Positions 39,072 to 47,797 of a DNA stretch of 54,624 bases are shown here, in pieces (the stretch's first letter is position 1; each line of letters begins with the position of its first letter). This stretch comes from a virus. Taxonomy: Duplodnaviria > Caudoviricetes. The stretch is from positions 1-54,624 of the IMG/VR virus record IMGVR_UViG_3300032050_000177. One strand, 5' to 3'. Below the pieces are notes generated by a model. It saw only the letters and a program-made list of their open reading frames with translations, was not told the DNA's origin and searched no databases. Position numbers and translations under genes: made by a program.

Positions 39072-39472
39072 TATAGATTTTTCCACTCTTTCTCAATAAT
39101 ATCTGCTATAGTCTTAAACTTTCTTCCGCAATCATTAAGATCAGCCAAATATTCATAATGATCTGAAAGATAAAATCTACCAAGATTATCATTCATACCA
39201 GCCCAATCTTTAACCTCTTTTGGCAAATCCTCTTTCTTACCACCAAATCTACAATATCCATGAGAAAAATCACTATCATTATCATAAACTTTCTCAGGTA
39301 GAATCTTTTTCTTGTTCTTCTTCATGGTAGTATTATACAACTCACAAAGCACCCCAAGACAACAGTGTTGAGCCTGTCCCTTGCTATTAAATTGTTTGAG
39401 AGTTCCAGTACCCTGCTTATATTTGCCAGATCGCAGAGCCTTAACCCATTTTTTCATAATATTTTGTTTCAT
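39071..39472 (-). CDS. Hypothetical phage protein
   Basis: 'KWVKALRSGKYKQG...CCLGVLC...LND.G..F..IAD.IE'. Confidence 0.75.
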   Translation of the reverse strand: MKQNIMKKWVKALRSGKYKQGTGTLKQFNSKGQAQHCCLGVLCELYNTTMKKNKKKILPEKVYDNDSDFSHGYCRFGGKKEDLPKEVKDWAGMNDNLGRFYLSDHYEYLADLNDCGRKFKTIADIIEKEWKNL

Positions 39473-39756
39473 TGATTATTCTCCATAAATTTCAAATCTC
39501 TAGGATGATCTTGGCTGGCTTCTCTAATAGATGGAAGATAATAGTAATCATAAATATCTTGCCACGAAGGAAACTCATAAAATGGTTCGCCCTCATTAAC
39601 ACACAATCCGCTATTGTCATAAACATCATAAAAACTTACTTTACGATTATCGTAATCTTCCATGCTATCATAGCAGGCAAATACCGTATAGATTCCATAA
39701 TCTACATTTGGTTCATAGATATATGACGCAACACTTTCGTTCATGGTTTTACTCAT
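39469..39756 (-). CDS. Hypothetical protein (paralog family B)
   Basis: ATG 39756 after GGAGA; similar to 50893-51120. Confidence 0.7.
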   Translation of the reverse strand: MSKTMNESVASYIYEPNVDYGIYTVFACYDSMEDYDNRKVSFYDVYDNSGLCVNEGEPFYEFPSWQDIYDYYYLPSIREASQDHPRDLKFMENNQ

Positions 39757-39931
39757 TGTTATTCTCCACAAAACTATTATCAAAACTCTGGAAAAGACCA
39801 TCAACCTCTTCAATAGAATATGGTCTACGATTAGGCAACCCAAATGCCTCACTATTCTTCATACTCAAAACTAAATTCTCCAAAGCATCCAGAATAATTG
39901 TCATATCATGCTTTTCAATATAGTAGTTCAT
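39749..39931 (-). CDS. Hypothetical protein
   Basis: 60 aa packed ORF. Confidence 0.55.
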   Translation of the reverse strand: MNYYIEKHDMTIILDALENLVLSMKNSEAFGLPNRRPYSIEEVDGLFQSFDNSFVENNNE

Positions 39932-40140
39932 ACTTCTTCCTCACTCGGGATATTATAGACGCCAATAATAGCAACGTCTTTGTGCAGTTTTACATTTTTG
40001 TATACCCAATCAATTATTTCTTTTTCTTCATGTATTATATTTTCTGGAACATCAATAAAATTAGTATTCCAAGTATAATCATCCAACAAAAAATAAAACT
40101 CAACACTAATCATCTTAGGCTTTTGCTTAGTTTTCATCAT
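39928..40140 (-). CDS. Hypothetical protein
   Basis: ATG 40140 after GGAGA, downstream of promoter. Confidence 0.6.
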   Translation of the reverse strand: MMKTKQKPKMISVEFYFLLDDYTWNTNFIDVPENIIHEEKEIIDWVYKNVKLHKDVAIIGVYNIPSEEEV

Positions 40141-40162
40141 ATCTCTCCAAAGGGTATACAAC

Positions 40163-40190
40163 AGTATACAGTGTTATCGGCAGTTGTCAA
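40163..40190 (-). promoter_or_regulatory. sigma70-type promoter
   Basis: TTGACA-16-TATACT, CGATAA in spacer. Confidence 0.8.
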
Positions 40191-40204
40191 GAGCAACCTT
40201 TAGA

Positions 40205-40393
40205 CTAAAACATTTTTTCGATCTTGTGTGGTTTATTTTCAACGATCTCAATAATAGCATCAGTACAACCTATAATTTCTTCTATGGCGTCTATTACAAT
40301 ATGATGACCGATACTTAAAGAACCAATATTATTGGCTGAAGACTTAATAATATGTGTTAGTTCTAGTAAATCCTTTTTATCAAGATCATTCAT
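40205..40393 (-). CDS. Hypothetical protein
   Basis: 62 aa ORF. Confidence 0.5.
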   Translation of the reverse strand: MNDLDKKDLLELTHIIKSSANNIGSLSIGHHIVIDAIEEIIGCTDAIIEIVENKPHKIEKMF

Positions 40394-40514
40394 TCTTTAA
40401 TCTCTTTAATGTTCTGATACAATTCTATCGCTATGTTTTCTAATTGTTCGATAACTTCTACCGAAACATGATCATTAAGAAAATTTTGGACGGTTTCTCT
40501 GAGTTTGTCGTTCA

Positions 40515-40967
40515 TTATTTATTTTCCTTATAAACTCTTACGCCCCATTGACTTGATCCATAATTATTAGATCCAATAATTGGTTCTGATTTAGAAAATC
40601 CATTTTTTAGATAATAAGCAGATATTGCATTAACAACATGAGAACTTGATACGTTGTATTTTTTAAGCCAATCTACTTCTGTTGATTCAACAACCCATAT
40701 AGGATTATTCTCTTCAAAGCCCAAACCATAAATTCCAATTTTATCATCTGTTACCATATTATCATAACAAATATCAATAGAATATATACGGGAGTTTTTT
40801 GTTTTTATGTTTTCATAATCCATATTTAAAATAAAACTTTCGACAACTTTTGCTGCAACATCCCATCGTGGCAAAAGATCATTATTACTAAAATCAAACT
40901 TATTAAATAGTGGTAATATACCAAAACTTAATAGGCTGTTTTGAAAAAATTCTCTACGAGTATTCAT
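40515..40967 (-). CDS. Hypothetical protein with twin-arginine-like N-terminus
   Basis: MNTRREFFQNSLLSFGILPL. Confidence 0.6.
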   Translation of the reverse strand: MNTRREFFQNSLLSFGILPLFNKFDFSNNDLLPRWDVAAKVVESFILNMDYENIKTKNSRIYSIDICYDNMVTDDKIGIYGLGFEENNPIWVVESTEVDWLKKYNVSSSHVVNAISAYYLKNGFSKSEPIIGSNNYGSSQWGVRVYKENK

Positions 40968-40970
40968 TAT

Positions 40971-41195
40971 TTATTCTCCACAGAAAATAAAATCTGGATC
41001 AGACCCCTGCTTAATAAGAGCCTGTTCCATTTCATCTCTAGTAATTTCTTCACACTGTTCGCTAATTTGGCCGCTTACTTCTCCAAACTTAATATCATAA
41101 TCTACTTGAGACAAATCCAAAACAGAATATGGAAAATCACTCAATACTTCAACAGTAATAGTTGTGCGATAATATTTTTGTTTATTTTGCGACAT
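40971..41195 (-). CDS. Hypothetical protein
   Basis: 74 aa, GGAGA RBS. Confidence 0.65.
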   Translation of the reverse strand: MSQNKQKYYRTTITVEVLSDFPYSVLDLSQVDYDIKFGEVSGQISEQCEEITRDEMEQALIKQGSDPDFIFCGE

Positions 41196-41212
41196 TAGTT
41201 ATTCTCCAAATA

Positions 41213-41449
41213 TTAGTCTATAATATGACTTTCAATTTCCATGTCATAATATCCACCACGATAGTATGATGTATCTCCATAACCTTTTCTCGTTGGTTTG
41301 ACTAATTTAGAGTTAGCCACAAACTGCCTCGCCCGGTCTACACTAGAAAATACTCGTACAATTTCTTTGTCTGGATGAGGTGTAAAGTCTCCACCAATAA
41401 TATCTTGATAAACATTCTCTTTTGTTCCAATAATGATAAAAACTTCCAT
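41213..41449 (-). CDS. Hypothetical protein
   Basis: 78 aa, GGAGA RBS. Confidence 0.65.
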   Translation of the reverse strand: MEVFIIIGTKENVYQDIIGGDFTPHPDKEIVRVFSSVDRARQFVANSKLVKPTRKGYGDTSYYRGGYYDMEIESHIID

Positions 41450-41646
41450 TATTCATTCTCCAAATACTTATAGATAAAATCGGCCACTTCCTTATCTTCT
41501 TTCATACATTCATCACATAAAGCATAATTGTCTTGTCTATTATCAAAAACTTTACCACAAATACATTTAGTATGCGTAGCATTTAAGTGTTTACCTAAAT
41601 CATCTAGAGATTCATATTCATAATCACAATAATTACATTTGACCAT
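41449..41646 (-). CDS. Small zinc-finger protein
   Basis: CxxC-x12-HxxxxH followed by CxC...CxxC. Confidence 0.6.
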   Translation of the reverse strand: MVKCNYCDYEYESLDDLGKHLNATHTKCICGKVFDNRQDNYALCDECMKEDKEVADFIYKYLENE

Positions 41647-41976
41647 TAATTATTCTCCAAATACTTAAGGATAAATTCGGCCAACCCCTTTAAATCTTCC
41701 TTACTAGCATAAGGATAAACATATTCACTACCCATACCTATAAGATATTCACCATCATTATTAAATAGATGAAATACGAAATTTTCACCATTATAAGTAT
41801 TTTTATTTTTCACGGGTTATTGTCCTTATGAATAATACATAGTAAACCTAGTATAACTATCCAACCCATATTAGGAGGAAAACTATGTTGTGGATCGTCC
41901 ATAAAATTCATGATAGTTCCAAGTAGAACATTAAAATAGAAACTAAGATGTAAAATATTGTAAGTTAAAGATTTAT

Positions 41977-42297
41977 TCAAGATGCTACTATCCACCCTAT
42001 TTTTATTAAATCTAATCGTATTTCATCTGTAACTTCGCCCTCTCCTACACAACCTTCTAATCCGCTGCCTATGCCAGAACAATACCAATTTAAGTAGTCT
42101 CCAGAGCCTTGTATATCAGATATTATTCCGCCAGCATATCTCCAAGAGCAACTCCAAGGTTGATCGCCTTTTTTAAATACATTATTGCAAAGTGCTGCGT
42201 ATAAGTTCTGACTATAAACATAGCTATTTTTGCATTTAGAAACTATCGTTTCAGAATCATATAAATCATTTTCCAGGCTTGCAGTTTCTATATTCAT
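41977..42297 (-). CDS. Hypothetical phage protein
   Basis: 'YSQNLYAALCNN.F...WSCSWRYAGG....GDY.NWYCSG...EG.VTDEI..DL..IGW'. Confidence 0.75.
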   Translation of the reverse strand: MNIETASLENDLYDSETIVSKCKNSYVYSQNLYAALCNNVFKKGDQPWSCSWRYAGGIISDIQGSGDYLNWYCSGIGSGLEGCVGEGEVTDEIRLDLIKIGWIVAS

Positions 42298-42671
42298 ACA
42301 TATCCAGCTTTAGCTGCCTCTTCGTCGCATAGTGTTTGCATCCAAGCATTAACAAATTCCCCGTTTACTATCTTTTTTGTTCTTAGCTTGCCCCTTTTAC
42401 CAGTAACTTCGCACGTTATATAACTAATAGCTTCTAACGCACGAAAATATCCAAACAAATATTCATTATATGAGGTACAGTATATTCTAAGTCCACCAAA
42501 CTTCTCTTTAATCTGAACAAATTGATATTGTTTATGGTCTTGCTTAGACCTATGATCCATTTCTTCCGCTGCCATACGAATCAAATCATACCACCCATCT
42601 CCACATTCACAATATGTGAAATTCAGAGTGGGGAAATCTTTTTTTAGTTGATCCATTAATTCTTGTTTCAT
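42294..42671 (-). CDS. Hypothetical phage protein
   Basis: 'ECGDGW..LI...QIKEKFGGLR.Y...S..TCE..G'. Confidence 0.75.
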   Translation of the reverse strand: MKQELMDQLKKDFPTLNFTYCECGDGWYDLIRMAAEEMDHRSKQDHKQYQFVQIKEKFGGLRIYCTSYNEYLFGYFRALEAISYITCEVTGKRGKLRTKKIVNGEFVNAWMQTLCDEEAAKAGYV

Positions 42672-42686
42672 AATTATACCTTACAA

Positions 42687-42711
42687 TAGCCCCAAGAGGA
42701 ATCGAACCTAC
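42687..42711 (-). pseudogene. Isolated tRNA 3' fragment (T arm + acceptor strand)
   Basis: GTAGGTTCGATTCCTCTTGGGGCTA with no adjacent D or anticodon arm. Confidence 0.5.
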
Positions 42712-42749
42712 AGAAATGATAGTCTATTCCATTTTGTGTATATATTAAT

Positions 42750-42833
42750 ATCTCGTTGGGGAGTCGAACCCTAGTCATCCGTCCACCATGTTAATGACAT
42801 AGGCTTAGAAGGCCCACGGCGGCTACAACGAGA
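42750..42833 (-). tRNA. Non-canonical D-armless tRNA-like RNA, anticodon UCU (Arg)
   Basis: TCTCGTT/AACGAGA acceptor, TGGGC-CTTCTAA-GCCTA anticodon arm, long extra arm GTCATT/GATGAC, GGG-TTCGACT-CCC T arm; only ~10 nt where the D arm should be. Confidence 0.7.
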
Positions 42834-42861
42834 CTCGTTTAACTATTATAGAGGCTACTGC

Positions 42862-43380
42862 ATGAAAGTCAATTGCAAAAACTGTGAAAAAACATTCGAA
42901 AAAACAAAAGCAGAGATTATGAGAACTGAAAATAATTTTTGTAGTAGGAGTTGTGCGGCTAGTTTTAATAATAGAAATACAAAAAGAATAAAAATGAAAC
43001 CAATGGAAAAAACTGTCAAAAAATACTCTAAATGTAATCAGTGCGGTATTGATCTTAATTATAAAAAACGTAGAATGCTATGTGAAGAATGCAAGGACAC
43101 TTCTAAAGATCAAACATTGGCTCAGGTTGCTTATGATAAGCATCATAAATCGTCTTGTTGGGCATTAGTAAGATCAAGAGCAAGGGCTGTAATGAAAAAT
43201 AAAACACAAATTTGTACAAAGTGTGGGTACGATAAACATGTTGAAGTAGCACATATTAAACCAATACAAAGTTTTGAACTTTATACATTGGTATCGGAAG
43301 TAAATGATGAAAACAATTTAATTTTATTATGTCCAAATTGTCATTGGGAATATGATCACGGTCTTTTTACATTAGATTAA
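42862..43380 (+). CDS. HNH endonuclease with N-terminal Zn ribbons (probable mobile homing nuclease)
   Basis: 'CKNC..F...FCSRSC', 'CTKCGY...VEVAHI...NLILLCPNCH'; the only convincing plus-strand gene. Confidence 0.85.
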   Translation: MKVNCKNCEKTFEKTKAEIMRTENNFCSRSCAASFNNRNTKRIKMKPMEKTVKKYSKCNQCGIDLNYKKRRMLCEECKDTSKDQTLAQVAYDKHHKSSCWALVRSRARAVMKNKTQICTKCGYDKHVEVAHIKPIQSFELYTLVSEVNDENNLILLCPNCHWEYDHGLFTLD

Positions 43381-43382
43381 TA

Positions 43383-43700
43383 TCAAATATATTTATATTC
43401 TTTTATATCACCATTAGATACTATCTTGCTATCTTCATATTGTGAGGCTACTCGCCTATAAAACTCTTGCTTAATATTTTCTAGTACGCCAGTTATTATA
43501 GCAATCTTGGGATAAGAAACCTTGCCCATTAGACCAGCCGCTATTCTGCTAAAGCTATAGTTAATATCTCCACAAATCTCTAGCAGTTGATCGTTAGTAA
43601 GCTCTTTACCTTCTGCATCAATATTATGTTTAATACAGTTTATCATATCATCAATACAGTGATACAGGCTTGTTCGTCGTTCTTCTTTTATGTATGGCAT
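43383..43700 (-). CDS. Hypothetical phage protein
   Basis: 'MPYIK..RR...G.INY....Y.....GVLE..K.EFYRR....YED.KI..NGD'. Confidence 0.75.
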   Translation of the reverse strand: MPYIKEERRTSLYHCIDDMINCIKHNIDAEGKELTNDQLLEICGDINYSFSRIAAGLMGKVSYPKIAIITGVLENIKQEFYRRVASQYEDSKIVSNGDIKEYKYI

Positions 43701-43739
43701 AGTTTTTCCTTTGTAAACTTAAAACGTTTTGATATATAG

Positions 43740-43824
43740 TCTCACGGGCGGGATTCGAACCCGCAGTGTTTCTAATGTGGGGGATTTTAAGTCCCCTGTG
43801 TTTCGCCAATTTCACCACCGTGAG
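43740..43824 (-). tRNA. tRNA-Leu(UAA)
   Basis: CTCACGG/CCGTGAG acceptor, GGGGA-CTTAAAA-TCCCC anticodon arm, long variable arm, GCGGGTTCGAATCCCGC. Confidence 0.93.
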
Positions 43825-43860
43825 TGCGTTTACATATCATATCGCATTATAACAAATCTG

Positions 43861-44052
43861 TCATTTAACAAACTCTATTGTCCAATTATCCTTATTTACG
43901 ATCCACTTTTTCACAAGATCAGCATCAATATATTCTCCAACCCTTACATTTAGAGTATTTACAACTTTCTTTACCATAAAAACATTATCGTCACAAATAC
44001 TACTTGGTGGATCACAAAGAACTATCTTAACAGACTTACTTTTTTTAACCAT
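43861..44052 (-). CDS. Hypothetical protein
   Basis: ATG 44052 after AGGAGG. Confidence 0.6.
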   Translation of the reverse strand: MVKKSKSVKIVLCDPPSSICDDNVFMVKKVVNTLNVRVGEYIDADLVKKWIVNKDNWTIEFVK

Positions 44053-44062
44053 TTCAATCCTC

Positions 44063-44365
44063 CTAATTAGTGTCTTCATCATCAACAGTCTCAGTATACA
44101 TCGAACCATTGTGTTCGTCAAGTCGAAACAGTGCTGTAAATACAGACCAAAGCTTAGCATGTTTCATTTCATGTAGATTAACAATGCCTTGCAGAGTATT
44201 TACCAAATAATCTGGATCTTCACAAACATTTTCACCCTCAATAACATTCTCCATAATTGTATTCAGATTATCCACAATCTCCATCTGTTTCGTAATAGCA
44301 TCTTCAAGATCAAATCGACTTGGACAACCAAAATCAAAATCAATATTTTCATATTTGTTAGTCAT
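44063..44365 (-). CDS. Hypothetical protein
   Basis: 'RFDLE..I'; 100 aa. Confidence 0.65.
   Translation of the reverse strand: MTNKYENIDFDFGCPSRFDLEDAITKQMEIVDNLNTIMENVIEGENVCEDPDYLVNTLQGIVNLHEMKHAKLWSVFTALFRLDEHNGSMYTETVDDEDTN
44093..44121 (-). promoter_or_regulatory. sigma70-type promoter (intragenic)
   Basis: TTGACG-17-TATACT with CGAT. Confidence 0.6.
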
Positions 44366-44369
44366 AATT

Positions 44370-44699
44370 TTATCCTATGTTATAGTGTCTAGAAAATTCG
44401 CCCTGTATATCGCTTACAAACTCTGGTTTACCATCATAGTCTGGACCATATATAAAAGACTTTGGAATCTCTTTATATACTCCCTTAGTTTTTGCTTCGT
44501 CCCAATCTAACTGACCATACTTATTCCAGTAAAGGTATTTGTATGTTGCATCCTCTTTTGTTTCTTGAAGCAGTTTTTCCATCATAATACAAAGCTTTTG
44601 CTTAGTTGATTGAGGAATCTTACTCCTAAGAAGATCATTAATAGAGTTTTTGCAGTGAGTCAAAAAATCAATCGATACTTGCTTCCTTAGCTTCTTCAT
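44370..44699 (-). CDS. Hypothetical protein
   Basis: 109 aa, GAGG RBS. Confidence 0.65.
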   Translation of the reverse strand: MKKLRKQVSIDFLTHCKNSINDLLRSKIPQSTKQKLCIMMEKLLQETKEDATYKYLYWNKYGQLDWDEAKTKGVYKEIPKSFIYGPDYDGKPEFVSDIQGEFSRHYNIG

Positions 44700-44910
44700 C
44701 CTCTAGCTCCTGTTCATTTATAGCGATATATGCTACCCATCCAGTATCCATGTTCTCAGTTGCTTCAACTAGAAGCTCCGTAAGGCCACCAGCAAATAAT
44801 TCGCCAGTGGAATAATCAAAAATATTTACAGATTCTTCAAGAAAGTGTTTATTATTTCTAGCCTGTTTATTAATAAAGTTCTTAAGTTCTCGCCAAGTCA
44901 TTTTAGTCAT
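44668..44910 (-). CDS. Hypothetical protein
   Basis: 'MTWRELK.FI'; GAGGAG RBS. Confidence 0.65.
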   Translation of the reverse strand: MTKMTWRELKNFINKQARNNKHFLEESVNIFDYSTGELFAGGLTELLVEATENMDTGWVAYIAINEQELEDEEAKEASID

Positions 44911-44934
44911 TTTAGTAATTTTCTCCTCGTATGT

Positions 44935-44963
44935 ATTTTAGCTTATCGACATTCCATTGTCAA
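44935..44963 (-). promoter_or_regulatory. sigma70-type promoter
   Basis: TTGACA-17-TAAAAT, CGATAA in spacer. Confidence 0.75.
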
Positions 44964-45259
44964 GAGCTTGAAACATTTTCTTCAATCTTCACAATGTTTA
45001 TTCTCATAAATTGATTAGAATACCTATTTGGATCAGCAAGTCCGCTGTCTATATAATTCTTGAATGTCATGTAGAACCCTCTATCATCCTTACAAAGTAT
45101 TGCCCCAACCTTTTCATTGAGAACAACGGGACGGCCATCTTCAACGTATTTATATTGATTATGATCCACAACCATGTCGCTAGTGCTACCAAAATGAGTT
45201 TTAGTAGTAACTGATGTGCCCGTTTGATGAACTGGTGCCTTATAATGCTTCTTAGCCAT
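44960..45259 (-). CDS. Hypothetical protein
   Basis: 99 aa, AGGAGA RBS. Confidence 0.65.
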   Translation of the reverse strand: MAKKHYKAPVHQTGTSVTTKTHFGSTSDMVVDHNQYKYVEDGRPVVLNEKVGAILCKDDRGFYMTFKNYIDSGLADPNRYSNQFMRINIVKIEENVSSS

Positions 45260-45589
45260 TTATATCTCCTTTAGATTACCAAAAACCATACAATTCTTAT
45301 CTTCGTCCCAACTAGCAGCTAAATCTCCGCTAGATGCCATTTTACATAATTTTATACCTAATACCCAATCGTTAATCTCTTTAAATATCTTTTGCAATAT
45401 CATTGCATTAATAAGATATTCTCCATTTTTTTCTACGCAGTATTGTCTAATAAGTGATCTTACTTCTTTAGGCTTAATATATGTTCTAAATTCATCTAGT
45501 GGGATATCCATATTGTGAGCAACATCCCTTCCTATATGTCTAGACATTTTTCTAATGTCTTTTATTTGCACCATTGGATCATTATACAT
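45260..45589 (-). CDS. Hypothetical protein
   Basis: 109 aa, AGGAGA RBS. Confidence 0.65.
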   Translation of the reverse strand: MYNDPMVQIKDIRKMSRHIGRDVAHNMDIPLDEFRTYIKPKEVRSLIRQYCVEKNGEYLINAMILQKIFKEINDWVLGIKLCKMASSGDLAASWDEDKNCMVFGNLKEI

Positions 45590-46490
45590 ATGATATCTCC
45601 TGTATAAACTTGCTTATAGCTTTGTCTTTCATTTTTAATTCGAAGTCAAGATCAAAGTCTAAGTCGTATGTATTGAAAGTATTATATGCGTAGTCTGCGT
45701 GTGCCCTTGGATTGTTTCCAGCCCTACTCTCGCTGTAGTGGAATAGGGGCTTGTAATCGCCCCAAGTGGCGTGGCAGGCCAGTATAGCCTGTTCCTCAGT
45801 CAAACCGTCTGGATGGCAGGTATGATGCAAGTAGTCGAACGTGATCGGTATATTTGTAGCAGGATGAAATATCTCTGTCAACTCTTTAACTGACCAGCAA
45901 TTTACTTTATCGTCATTCTCAATAACCAGTCTGCTACGGCAATTGTCATCAAGGCGAGAATAATTGGAGAGAAATCTAGTAATAATGGTATCATGGTCGC
46001 CACTCTTATTATGTACGTGTAAATTTATGGGAGATCGGTAGTCTGCTGGACAACCTATACGATCCATGAAAGATGAATAAAAATTAAGTTCTGTAATAGT
46101 CTTTTCGACTGCCGCACTATTGGTTGAGGCTAATACGTTGAATTCGCTGGGATGACAAGATATGCGAATATTACTAGATTTTATAGTGTCCTCTAGAACG
46201 TCAAAGCTATATTCAATATCGTCATAATTTGGCAGATCTGTAAGCTCTATATTAGCCTCATCATATGTAATGAGAGGAAATAGGTCACTACTAATACGGT
46301 AGCAATAATCATTTATGGCACAATATTTGATTATCTCATTGGTAACGCACATATTATTATATATGCGGTCGCCAAGAATTGATAGTGCCTCTTCTCTAGG
46401 TAGGCTAGAGAATCGTTTGTATGTCATCGTCTGAAACTTAATATCTTGCTCTTGGAGCTTAATAGATATGCAACATAGTCCGTATTTCAT
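45582..46490 (-). CDS. uvsE: UV-damage endonuclease (UvsE/UVDE)
   Basis: 'GLCCI', 'YRISSDLFP', 'RISCHP..FNVLAS', 'RLVIENDDK', 'PITFDYLHH', 'HYSES....AHAD', 'ELKMKD'. Confidence 0.92.
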   Translation of the reverse strand: MKYGLCCISIKLQEQDIKFQTMTYKRFSSLPREEALSILGDRIYNNMCVTNEIIKYCAINDYCYRISSDLFPLITYDEANIELTDLPNYDDIEYSFDVLEDTIKSSNIRISCHPSEFNVLASTNSAAVEKTITELNFYSSFMDRIGCPADYRSPINLHVHNKSGDHDTIITRFLSNYSRLDDNCRSRLVIENDDKVNCWSVKELTEIFHPATNIPITFDYLHHTCHPDGLTEEQAILACHATWGDYKPLFHYSESRAGNNPRAHADYAYNTFNTYDLDFDLDFELKMKDKAISKFIQEISYV

Positions 46491-46496
46491 TTTTGT

Positions 46497-46524
46497 ATTC
46501 TACCATCCCTAGTTTAGTTGTCAA
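46497..46524 (-). promoter_or_regulatory. sigma70-type promoter, probably leaderless uvsE mRNA
   Basis: TTGACA-16-TAGAAT then 6 nt to ATG. Confidence 0.65.
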
Positions 46525-47125
46525 GTGCGTATTTTTTGTACAATGTGTTAATTTTTTGCAATAAATCTTTTGGCGTGTTATCAATAATAAACTGATTATC
46601 ATTATCCGTTATATATGCTTGTAGTTCATCATATAAAACATCTTTATGATATCCTTTATCTAGAATATACTTAGATATTTTACTAATATGTTGCTTATTG
46701 GCATAGAATATATTGTTAATAGATTGAGTATAATTGCTATCAAAATAATACAGAGCATGAGCCAACTCATGCCTAATTGTACTATCGTCATTAGCCCCTA
46801 TAATATAAAACTTATCTGTTCTATACTTAAATAGATTAACGAGGCTAGATTCTTGATCTGTTAGAGGATCAAATAGGCCACATTTAAATGGCTCTAAAAT
46901 ATAACTTGGAAAGTTAAAGCCAGACCAATCTAGGTGGTAAGTGTCACCACCATATTCTTGAGAATACCAGTTAAGATATTTGCCCCTTGTGAATATATTT
47001 CTTCTAAAGTTCTCATTGGGGCTTTCATAGTATTCTTGAAATCTCATGAAAGTCTGACCTAATTCCTCTTGGGAATCCGCAGACACAAGAACACTGTTAA
47101 ATTTTTGTGGTTTTACGTGTAGCAT
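46514..47125 (-). CDS. Hypothetical protein with HExxH motif
   Basis: 'F.RFQEYYESP', 'W.GFNFP', 'HELAHALY', 'DELQAY'. Confidence 0.7.
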   Translation of the reverse strand: MLHVKPQKFNSVLVSADSQEELGQTFMRFQEYYESPNENFRRNIFTRGKYLNWYSQEYGGDTYHLDWSGFNFPSYILEPFKCGLFDPLTDQESSLVNLFKYRTDKFYIIGANDDSTIRHELAHALYYFDSNYTQSINNIFYANKQHISKISKYILDKGYHKDVLYDELQAYITDNDNQFIIDNTPKDLLQKINTLYKKYALDN

Positions 47126-47142
47126 AGCCTTTCTCCCAATGT

Positions 47143-47170
47143 ATTATACATCGGCCAAAGGCGTTGTCAA
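47143..47170 (-). promoter_or_regulatory. sigma70-type promoter
   Basis: TTGACA-16-TATAAT with CGAT. Confidence 0.8.
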
Positions 47171-47409
47171 CCTTGATTTTTTTTCCAAGAGAACAAACTA
47201 TTTAGATAAGCTTTTCTTTTTGTGCAATTACACTCTTTAAGCCCGAACCACTCTTTGAATCTTTCCTCAGTAATACCAAAAGTCTTTAATACATTCTCTA
47301 CAACATCGCCCAATCCTATTACATTTGGATCTAAATGGCTAGATGGACTCACTCCTAGCTTCTCTAATTCTGTTATTACTACGTCCATTTCTTCTTTAAT
47401 GTCTGCCAT
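47167..47409 (-). CDS. Hypothetical phage protein
   Basis: 'GLGD.VE......GI......CNC..RK..LN'. Confidence 0.7.
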   Translation of the reverse strand: MADIKEEMDVVITELEKLGVSPSSHLDPNVIGLGDVVENVLKTFGITEERFKEWFGLKECNCTKRKAYLNSLFSWKKNQG

Positions 47410-47797
47410 TTTTTCTCCCTTTTGTGGTTTTTTCTCCCTTTTAATATCTTATAATCCTTTTTTCTGTGGGTTGTTTACCACTATTCCACATAGTATTATA
47501 CACCTAAAATGGTCTAAAAACGGGTAGTTAATCCAATACGTCTAATGTACATTTAACACTATAAAATAAGATATATAACATAATACATATACATAGTAGT
47601 ACTACATACAATAGAAGAAAGATGGGTAGGGAATATATTGTGAATTTAAACCTGGATAATTCACCACAAATATAATTACTCACTTATCATTTCCTTATGG
47701 ATGGTATGGTAGTATGGATAGGTATGTATGGATGTATGTATATAGGAAGACCCACTATAGGATAGTTAGTCCAGTATAGTGGGCCTTATAGGGATAT

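Noticed and set aside
42801-42812. Amber suppressor (CUA) reading of the odd tRNA and stop-codon recoding
   Set aside because: The 7-nt loop CTTCTAA centres on TCT, and genes translate full length in the standard code
42687-42857. Nested/split tRNA with TAGCCTC (42851-42857) pairing to GGGGCTA
   Set aside because: Only 7 bp with a wobble, no D or anticodon arm follows, and GAGG there is better explained as the HNH RBS
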